Positions 50,526 to 61,200 of a stretch of DNA of 64,000 nucleotides are shown in pieces. Each line of letters starts with the position of its first letter. The first letter of the stretch is position 1. The notes under the pieces are model-generated. The model ran no database searches. It saw nothing but the letters and a program-made list of their open reading frames with translations, and was not told where the DNA came from. The translations under genes and the position numbers were made by a program. Location: assembly GCA_977030845.1 (NCBI GenBank), contig OZ365115.1, positions 31,000,001-31,064,000 on the forward strand, read 5' to 3'. The DNA comes from Fimbriosthenelais zetlandica (lineage: Eukaryota).

Positions 50526-52639
50526 ATGGACCAAAGTGAGGAGGCAGTACCTATACAGGACGTCCATGATACCCGGGATAATGTGGACACACAGAAGCAA
50601 AGTAGAGTGCAATGGGTGAAAGCGCACCGGCGCCAAATTACCCAAACTCTCGTCCTCTATTTTGCATTCTTTGTTGTGGTGAGTGGCTCATAATTCGATT
50701 TGCTTTTGCAATCTCGGTGAAAAACGGCACAATACGTTCTTAAAGAACATAGGCCTAGACATCTGCCGCCTGGTTTGGGTTACGAGTTCTGTATAGGGAC
50801 ATCACGTCTATGTGTACAAGTTCCCTTAAAGGCCTGATTATAATAGTCATTGTGTACAGGTATTTCTTAAATGAGATGTTAATTAACGTATGTAATATGA
50901 TACACTTAGATTACCGTAAATTCTTCAGGGATTAGGAGCTTCTGTAAAAGGACCAACGTTGCTGGATTTAGGACGGATCACCAATTCTGACACTCAGTCA
51001 GTCTCCCTTGTGTTCCTCTCTAGTTCATCGGCTGCCCTTGGAGGTGCTATCTTGGCTGGGGCCATTATCCCACGTCTGAACCATTGGCTTGTACTTGCTC
51101 TCTCACTATTATTGAGGGGGATTGCGAGCATACTTGTGCCTCGGACATCAATGTTGCCTCTCCTGTGTGTAGTATTTGCGTTCAATGGATTTTTTGGGGC
51201 GGTTTATGATGCTGGTAAGTAATTGTTATATCTTGATTTTCCATTTAGAATTTGAATAGCTTTGCTGGTCTTCCTTATCCAAATTATGGTCAATTCAAAA
51301 ATCAATGATGCACAAAGTCTCTTTGTAACTGATCAGAATGTTATTTGCTATCATTAATATCAAAAGTCAAGTTCAGAATCATTCAGTCAATGATTTCATT
51401 CACTTCCTCAGGAGGGAACATGGTCCTGCTGAAGGTTTGGGGCAAAGAGAATGGTCCATGGATGCAAGCTCTTCACTGTATTTTTGGTATCGGTGCCTTG
51501 CTGGGTCCTCTCGTTGCTGAACCTTTCCTGTCCGAGTCACGTGTCACAGAAGTAAGCACCACAGGAAGTTCCTTAATAGAGAACCTCTCAGCTGTTGTCA
51601 CACAAGATCCTTCTGGTGCACTTAGAATGGTCTCCAACTCGTCCGACCCTGCCCGTCCAGGTGACAATATGACATCTGATGAAATGCATAGGTCCATGAC
51701 CAATCAGACCCAAACGAAGCCAGTCAATCCAATCCCATACGAAACTAACATAATTTGGGCCTACCTGATCATTGGGCTAGCCTGCATAACAGCCGGTTTA
51801 CTTCTCATGTATGTCATGTTCTTCTGCAGTGAAGTCAAGCTCTCCTGTCTGAACAAACTCAAACAGGAATCTAAAGAAGAAAAGAAAGATGGGGTTAGCA
51901 AACTTAAAAAGAAGAAGCTGACCATCACACTGATCGCTTTGCTGTTTGCTTTCTATCTGACATACTGTATAATTGAGGTGAATGTTGGCAATTACCTCAC
52001 GGCCTTTGCTGTCAAAGCATTAGGGTGGAGTGAGAAAGACGGTGCTAAGGTATCTTCTGCATACTGGGGTACCTTTACGGCTGGTCGAGCAATAGGCATC
52101 ATAATAGTTAATAACATCAGTCCCACCAATATCATCATTTGTGATTTAACTATCAGTGTTCTGTCACTGGGAACACTCATGTTCTTCGTATATGCACATA
52201 CTGCCGTTTTGTGGGTTACTACTATGGTCCTCGGCTTCGGGATATCCTCTGTATTTGCTACAGGTTGGTATTATTTTGCCTATCTCATGAATTTCAAAAG
52301 CCTGCATTTGCTTTGCGATTCATCAATGTCACATAATAAATCTAAATATACCTTTTTGCAGGAATTACATGGGCTGAGATGTATCTGAACATAAGTGGAG
52401 GTATTGGAGCTATATTTATGATAGCTGCAGCGGGAGGGGAAATGGTAGGACCTCTTGTCATAAGTGCTTTATTTGAAAAGCTGGGGCCCCATACATTTGT
52501 GTATGTAATGTTCACTGCCGCATGTGCATTGGTGGTTCTGTTTGGTGTAATGTTACTCGTAGCCAGGAAACTGGGCAAACGCAACGAAGCTGAGAACCCT
52601 GAGGAAATGGTCCTACTGTCTGGAGAGTCCTATCACTGA
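50526..52639 (+). CDS. MFSD4-like: MFS transporter, MFSD4-like, copy 5
   Basis: Exons 50526-50678, 50929-51214, 51412-52263, 52362-52639; intact frame. Confidence 0.88.
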
Positions 52640-54287
52640 AGAGAGTCCTATCATCACGAGGACTGGACGTTCCGGTTTATGTGTAATCGTTTTTAGTTTT
52701 GCCTTTGTGGCTATATAGCCACAGTTCAGCAAGGGCCTAGTTTTTATTTCTTTTACGTCTTCTTCATTTGGTGGGTGGTGAGACGTTGCTGATACGTAAA
52801 GGCAACTACGAACTACTGGGCTGAAAAAAGGACTTTAGAAGGCAGTTAAAGAGTTGCAGTAATTTAATTGAATTTGAACAATAGAAATGAGATATAAATG
52901 TTCGGAGATGTAGGAATCAAGATATTCACACAGGAATATTTGATGATCAGAGCAAAATAAGTTTCAAGACAAAACCTATTACACTTTCGTTACTAAAGGG
53001 AATGAAAAGCTACATTGTCAGCTCTCAATTTGGCACTGAATATTTCCACATACTAGGCACTCTAGGCACAGTCTTTGCCATTATACAAAGAGTGTTAAAT
53101 AGAAGGCCATTCTGGGAAGGCACTATAATAAATACTTTGGATTTAAGAACAGTGAAAAGACCTGGAATGAGCGAAATCGATAGTAGCAAGGAAACCACTA
53201 AAACGGCACATTAAATAGAAAAACCTGTGCCGTGAAAATTCAGCACAATATATTGAAGCAACAGGATCCGAATTTAATGCATTTTTTTTCAAAGAAATGA
53301 AATATCCTGCCATAATAATATTATACTGGTCACTGAACGGACCTGAAATGCGTCACTTCCGTCAAGTTAGGAATAAAAGTACTCATCAATAATTATTGAG
53401 AACAACCAAAATGTAAAAGAATACATTTAGAAGAGATTTATACATGTCATGCAAACAAACATGGAAGTTACAAAACTCCAATATATAATTGTAGAATTCA
53501 ATAAATAAATTCAAAACGAAAATGTGATAAAGGTCAATGCCAGCTAGCAGAATTTGGTCCATGTTACATTCTACTGTGTATTTCAAAGAAAAAATACGAG
53601 AAATTTGGATAAATCTTGGGGGATGGCTAACGTAAGGTTCCTTCGACAACAATGACATGCTAATATTATAGGTTCCTTAGATTATTGTAGACATCTATGC
53701 TATGAGTGCCTTATAGTTGAGCAAGCATAGTCTCCCAACAACTTAAAAAAAATTGGATATATTGGGAAAATCATGTATTACTTACAATGCATAAACAGCC
53801 TTCAACAATTGACAATATCATATTGGAACTCCACTATATTGTTCATATGCAAACATTGAAGGCTATACTACCCGTGCTTATAACATAGAACTGTTCTATG
53901 TTTATATTAAGTCACTCGGCAGTACACAGTACATGATACAATCATGTAGATAGAATAATGAATGATAAGAGTATTTAATGTCAACGAATAATAAATGCGT
54001 GCAGAAGAGAGCTTTTAGAGGTAGTCCACTTGACTGTACTCTAGTTCCATCCAGTTACAAGTTCATCTACTTATCGTCTTGTAATATCATTCACATATAT
54101 AACATCGTTACCTCGGTTTTCCCTATTGGCCTATATCACATGCAACACTTTCCCTCATCAATGAAGCTAACATAATGATTACGTTACTTAATATCTCAGG
54201 CTCCCCAAAGTGTTTTGTTCCATCCATTGAAGATTCTTCCCTAAACTCACTAATAAAAGGAAAATAATATGCATTGATATTCATTAA

Positions 54288-55031
54288 TGGGGTAACTCCA
54301 CTAGGCTTTTTTGTGGTGCGGTAGGCGCGATTTTTATTAGCGATTTGTTGATGCGGCATACGGCTACCTTCATGCGGTAGTGGAGTTATACAATCGCGGC
54401 TACCGCATGAGCCGCGCCTGCCCCCCACGCCTGCCGCGCCATATCAAAACATTTTAATATTACCGCATGAAAATAGGCCAAGCGCGGTACGCGCGGTTGA
54501 TGCGATTGTAATGGAGTTATCTTGCGCGGCAAATCGCGTGTACCCAGCCAATGGGAGGGCTTATATTGATCACATGACCGTCACTTCCGGTAAGGTCAAC
54601 ATAGCAACAGAGCTATTATAAGAAAAGGCTTAAAGAGTTCACATATTTGTGAATAAGTGAGCAAAGGCCCATTTAACCTCCATCTATTACTTAAATTTCA
54701 GGCAACTCCTGGTTATATTTTGATCTCTGGAAGCAAAAATGTAAGTTTCCGACCTGCAAACCGCACATCTCTTCCAAGATCTCACCGAGAATTATCAAAG
54801 AGTAGAGTGAATATCACCCTGTAATGCATTCATGAAAAACTAAAGCCCTAAATGTACAAATGCCATCCCTGTCTGAGTCAGGCGCGGCAATAACCGCACC
54901 TGCCGTATGAAACCTCTAGTGGAGCTACTGATGAGGTATGTGCGGCAGTTACCTCCCCCACCGCGCAAAAACATACCGCCCCAAGATATCGCACCAATCG
55001 CACCACACAAAAGCCTAGTGGAGTTACCCCA
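54288..55031. mobile_element. Non-autonomous DNA transposon (MITE), 744 bp, TAA target duplication, PIF/Harbinger-like
   Basis: TAA|TGGGGTAACTCCACTAGGCTTTTTGTGGTGCG ... CGCACCACACAAAAGCCTAGTGGAGTTACCCCA|TAA. About 32 bp TIRs, internal repeats of (A)GTGGAG(T/C)TA, CpG-rich, no transposase ORF. Confidence 0.85.
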
Positions 55032-55211
55032 TAAACAAATCATAATCTTAACGATATATACATTAACATATAACAACACCACCTCCCATAAGTACTGACC
55101 AATAAAGGTAAACTTCAGTACACATAAATACACGGCTCTCTCACTAAGGCTATTATCCTTGCTCTCACTAAGCTATTGTCCATCAAGTGATTATTATGGC
55201 CTGCACATAAG

Positions 55212-58200
55212 TCACTCTTTGCCATTGGAATGTTGGTCTGAGGCTGAGTCGAGAGAATCCTCCGACGTTCCATGCTCCATGAAGGCACGCTGTTGTTTAC
55301 GGACATTCCAGTGGAGGCATCCTGCAAGCGACTCAAACCAATCTGCAATTTGGTCCTGACTACATATAGATGGCACTGGGTATATGGATGTACTGATCCT
55401 CAAACTGTCAAAAAGAAAAGATTATAAAATGAAAAAATATATTTTTAAGACTGAAGTGATGAAGGTTGTAAGCAATTGGAATCTGGATCTCTGACGCGAC
55501 ATTTGTCCCAAAACCCATACAACATAATTTTAGTTCAATCCTATAATCCCACATAGAAAATACATAAGAAGCATCCATGTATCATTTCATGACTGAATCA
55601 TAGATTCAGACAATGATTCATGACTTACACATCTCCTTTGAGTAACTGCTGTCGCTTTCTGCCATCGAAGGAAACCCATACTCCACCCCTTGCTTCTGGT
55701 GAGACCATGATCTGAAGGGAAAGGTTCTTTATCATTTAGAAGATAATTAGCTTTAAAAATTAGGGATTTATTTAAGAGCAGTTAAAAGATAAAGCTTGAA
55801 TAGTCAGACTTTGATATAAACAGAAAATCAGCCGTTAGCAAATCAAATTAAAATGTGATTGTCAATTTTCATGGTTCCTTTTATTGAGAACTCTGAACGA
55901 ATTTGCGCCTGGATTACCTTGACTTCCACCCCGGCCGGTACGACGATGGGTCGGAATGAGAGTGAATGCGGACACACAGGAGCTATGAGTATAGCTGGAA
56001 CATTAGGGTGAATCATAGATGCGCCTGCTGCCGCAGCGTAAGCCGTGCTTCCAGTAGGCGTAGAGATGATCAAACCTGAAACCAAATTAAAATCTTTAAC
56101 TAAATCTACTTTTCTCTTACTATATTTTATTCTCAACAGCGTTTGGAGCACATCTTTGTGGAATTTACGCCATACAAAATAAATTATTATATTACTACCA
56201 TTATAAATAGATGTTGCTCGGCAACTAAACCAAGCCCTGCTGCAATACCCTCATGTCCAAGTCAGGCAGCAACCTAGGAAGAGTATAGACATAAAGTTGG
56301 CAAAAGACGATGTTTCTACTTACCGTCACCTTGCACCGAGGTGATGTACCTATGCTCTATGTAGAGATCGACATTACAGATGTAGGGAGACGGACCCCGG
56401 TCCACCACTACTTCATTAAGCACCTAAAACATAACCAACAATATATTGCTACTCAGATATAAACTTTAGAAAATTCATAAGAATATGCTCAAAATGTCCC
56501 TGGATGAAGATCATCTCAATAAACTAATGTTGGCTTAAGAAGATCGCATAATAGTTATAGTACTTAGACTAACCAAGATATGTTGTTTGCTTTCAATATT
56601 TTTAATTGAGCATGTGTCCACGCCGTTACCATCCACCTGGGAACACACTGTTCCACTCTTGTTCACTACACATTTTAGGCGAGTACGCAGGGTCAACGCT
56701 GCATTGCCTGAAAGAAAAACACACAAAGATAAATATCTCAATCCTACATGAAAGATTCTTGACCACAGTTCTAGCGATAGTTTAGGGCTGGGGTTAGGTT
56801 AGGTTCGTCATATAACTTAAAATGTAAAATCATGCGCCCTTGTAAGCTATTCTCTTGAAATTAGTCCCCCATTGTTAGGCGACATATATCGCGAGATTTG
56901 GCCGCCATCTTACATTAGTTCAGCGGGTCCTTCAAGTGCAGTTTTAACTTTTTTTAATTGTTATGGAATTTTAACTCACCTTCAAGCACTTGTGTGACTT
57001 TTTCCCTGAAATTTGAGAAATCAAACGGACCGAGGAAACCAAGCGACCCAAGATGGAAAGCCATAACAGGAGGCACGCTTTCCTAGTGACAAGAAAGGGG
57101 AAAGTGTGATAATATTATGTCATTACATACCATTAAATAAGTGATTTTTATGCAACTAAAGCTTCGGTTCGGATAAAGTGTGGATAAGTAATGGATAAGA
57201 TGAGACCAACCTGGAAAAGGGAGGAGGCATAGAGGAGTGTACCATCCCCTCCTAAACATATGATGAAGTCTATTTTGTCCGTAAGATCATCCTTTCCTGA
57301 AACATTTTTAAACGTACATTTATTATACGGTATTACCGGTACGTACTATTACCTCATGGAATGTCTGTGTACAATAGCTGATTATCTCTGAATACATGAA
57401 CAAAATAAGAAAAATATTGTTACCTTCCTGAAAGCTGCGAAGCTTTTTCTTGATTTTGGAAAAGGATGAACTACTTTTCAATTGTGGTTCCTCCATTGTC
57501 TTTGCCTCCACAAACACAACCATGTTTCTCTTTAAGTAAAAGAAACAGAATAAAAAATAATATTCCAGAACGAGGATAGAAATTCTTAATAAAATTAATG
57601 TTTTAGATTGAAAAAAGATGCAGCTTGAAAAGTGTGTCAATAGACCAAATAACTGGGACTAGAAAACGGATTGGGCATACAAAATAAAGAAAAACAGAAA
57701 TAGAGACAATGAGATAAATAAAATAGATATTTCAGTACCTCCACTAGCCAGGTGACCATTTCAATGAACGGGTTGATGACAAGATCATCAAGAATCTTCT
57801 TGATGATGAGAACGCTGAGCGGCGGTTTGTACCACGTTAATCTCTGACTCCCCGGATCCTGTATCGTCCTGACCGATTAAAAACCACTCCATGTTCTCAA
57901 TACAACAATATTATTCCCAATACAAAAACCTAATGAACTCTACGAAACAAGTCTATACTCCAATAGAATCATTTTTGCCGATGTCTTATGTTTACTCAAT
58001 CTAAATGAAACATGGACAGGTTAAATGGCAAATAATAGTCGTTTGTAGAATTGTGATACAAAATGTCAGACATCAAAGAATGTGAAGTCTAGATTATGTG
58101 AGTCCCCTGGGACTCGGAGGAGGGTGGGGGCAGAGGGGAGTGGGAACGTAGGGAATATAGAGGGAGGCAGACTCAGATAGGACAGAGGGTAACATACAAG

Positions 58201-61200
58201 AAGACATCTTGACAAAGCACGTGACTATCATATTAAATTTTCTCAGTGGAGATGGATTCAACGAAGTAAGTCACAGGTGTGTGTAAACGATAAAAAAAAC
58301 TATAAAAAAAAACTTCCTCATAAATTTTGTCCCATGTGGCCTAGAAATAGCAACTTTCAATTTGAACAGTACGATTTATCGTAGCTCTCTTGGATCCGTC
58401 CTTGAAAAGTACCAGCAGACACCAATGCTTACCTTTTTATAATATCCGCATAAGGCATAATATTGTTATTATCATCCTTTTGTCTCATTAACACAGAATC
58501 TCTTAGGTCTCCATAAGAGTGGGATGACAAAAGTTTTCCTGTCTTATGAGTAACTACAGCCTCCATGCTGAAGAGTTATGTAATCGATTTTCAAATAAAT
58601 AATTTCCTTGCAGAAATATCCACCTGAAAGAGTCATCGCCCCTTCCGTGCATAGCCACTGTCACAGGAGCACTGAGACAGCGGGCAAATTAGAGGAGGGG
58701 CTTGGTTCAGGACTTCCCATGGGGGCATGAGAAATACATAATTCACTCAGTCCATTCGCAATGTCAGACTTGAAAGTCTCCAAAGTCTCTGTCATGCTTG
58801 ATGGATTTTATATTATCCTTCGACCTCTCAGACCTAGGGGCTGGATGAAGGTAGGAAATGTATGGTAAATAGGGCCTACCTGTATTATTAAAACAGGAAA
58901 AAACTAAATGGAATTGAAACTCAAGGATTTATACATTATATTGAACTTCCCAGACCAGGTGTTGGTGGAGTGGTATGGAACAACTGCAAGGTATGTAATG
59001 GATGGGATACTTCATAAAATCACGGATTTATGGATGAAGGTATCACAAATCCACTAGTGTGAACATCAAGCACACCTCTGTATACAATGTTTTAATGTTA
59101 TGGTGCCGACCATCGTCGATGTTCGATCATGATGGGAAGCTCCAATGAGTCAGGTTAAGTGATAGGGCATCAAGTTCCACCGATTATCAAGTTCCACCTT
59201 GGCTTATGATATCCCAACTATCCATGTCCTAGATCTCCGTGGTATTTTCTTATCCCCAAAGCTTGATACTCCATTGAAAGTTATGTTAATATCTCAAGTT
59301 ATTTCAACACCTCCATTCTATGGAACAGGGGTCTTAAACAGTGTTCTGCTTTCTTGCTTCAACCTAGAAAGACAGCCGCATAACATAAACAAACCGGTCT
59401 TGCGTGAAATATATGTCATAACCCTGCCTTCAGAGTAGAGGTATGTACCGTATAGTGGTCCCTGAGAACCTGTAAACACAGGCTAAATAGTTGGGGGTTT
59501 GTCAACTTATATTTTGTATTTGTTAATTTTCTTTTCATCATATATTTCGCTATATAGCTTTAGAGAGGGATCCGTTCAGTTTTAAAATTTGGAGTTATAT
59601 TTTTTTTCTTTCCACATGCCGTGAACAAGCTCTCGCACATTTTTTCTCAGCAGAGTCATTTCTATTATCCCAGTTATATCACATTGCCCTTTATGCAAGC
59701 AGTATTGAAAGGCAATGTGTGGTGAACTAAAGTTTGCACTAAACAGGCAGCAAAAATATCTCAGGGTTTGGACACATGTCCCCTATGGTTTGAGGGATCC
59801 ATACAAGCTGAGCTAATTCCCCTGCAGACACAATACAAGATTATCCTTATTCTGTGCCGCAAGGACCATGAATAAACCAGCAAGATAATTACAGGTCATT
59901 GTAAATATCAGGATAATATGGACTTGTAACAAAGGTACGCTTAATAAATATTACAAACATCTGAGTTTTTCTGGATTAACACAGGAGGTATATTAAGTCT
60001 TAGTAGATCTTCCGTTAGATTAGATTGTAGCAGAAGATTATAAAGCTGAAGATCTAGGTTTTCAAATGTTATATATCACTTACTGATGGAAAGCAGGCAA
60101 TTAGCACAAAGTATTTATACTATTTAAAAGATTAGGCCCGAAACCTTGCCTGTGACCTCAATGTTGGCAAATTATGACTCATATATATATATATCTCCAA
60201 ACCAGTATACATGTATGGTTGTTAGTACCCAGCACGCTTATTCGTGACTCTAGTTAAGGTAACATCAACCCAGGCATGGACATCAGCCATTATGACCATA
60301 ATATACAAAATGCTGACACCAACAGAATCAAGGAATGAAGTGGACCATAGACAGTTTTGAAAACATTGGGATGGGCTTTATGGCTCACGAACCTTCAATG
60401 GATATGGGAGATGCTACATTGAAAGGCTCATGTGATTTACTGTAATAAAATTGTTTTTAATGCCATACGGGGATATTAACCCTATGTATTATAGTATCAT
60501 CTTTCAAGATGTCTATGCTGAACATAGGCAAGATATTCATATTCATAATATTGTGCAGTGTAATAAATATTAATCATTTCAACGCCGGTTGTAGGTTAAC
60601 CGTTAGTATTGGTTCTTCAAATAAATGGAGATCACAATACATGTCAAATGTATTGAATGTACGAGAGATGAGCATATCAGGGTATATAGGAAGAGATGTA
60701 TGTCTTTTTTCAATTAGTTTTCCATGGAGGTGTATTTTATCACACCTGTATGTATCTAGGCTGTCAATAGTAAACCTTGGGACTATAGTAGTGAGCAAAT
60801 AGACTAGGTCCTTCTTCATGGTGGATTGATATTATTGTTACAAACAGAGCATGTCCTAAAGTAAAACGATGATATCACTAAAGCAGGCAGTGTGTTCACC
60901 CCCAGAAGTACAATCAATGGATTTACTGATGATTTATCTAACTTTACAGCTAGGTCACAGGGCCAATGAAATAATAAAAATATGCATGGCACTAATAAAG
61001 TTATAAGTTAAACTTCGATTTGAAAGTGCATTATTGCATGCGGGACTTTCCCTGAATATTCCTTTGAAAGATTTTTTTCATGGAATAGTCTGTAGAGTTG
61101 AAATAAATAATCCCATTTCCTGTGAGGTTTTCCTTACTTTCAGACTTCCTTTTAAATACATGTAGATTGTTCCATGTCACAGAGACAATGTGAAGAAGGT

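Noticed and set aside
25221-52639. Idea that the mucin-like gene, lipase and MFS array form a co-regulated digestive cluster
   Set aside because: Adjacency on one strand is the only support; no shared regulatory signal was seen.
60509-60819. 81-aa minus ORF (MKKDLV...KRHTSLP) in a NADK intron as a possible alternative first exon
   Set aside because: The only phase-compatible donor is weak (AG|gtgtga); evidence is insufficient.
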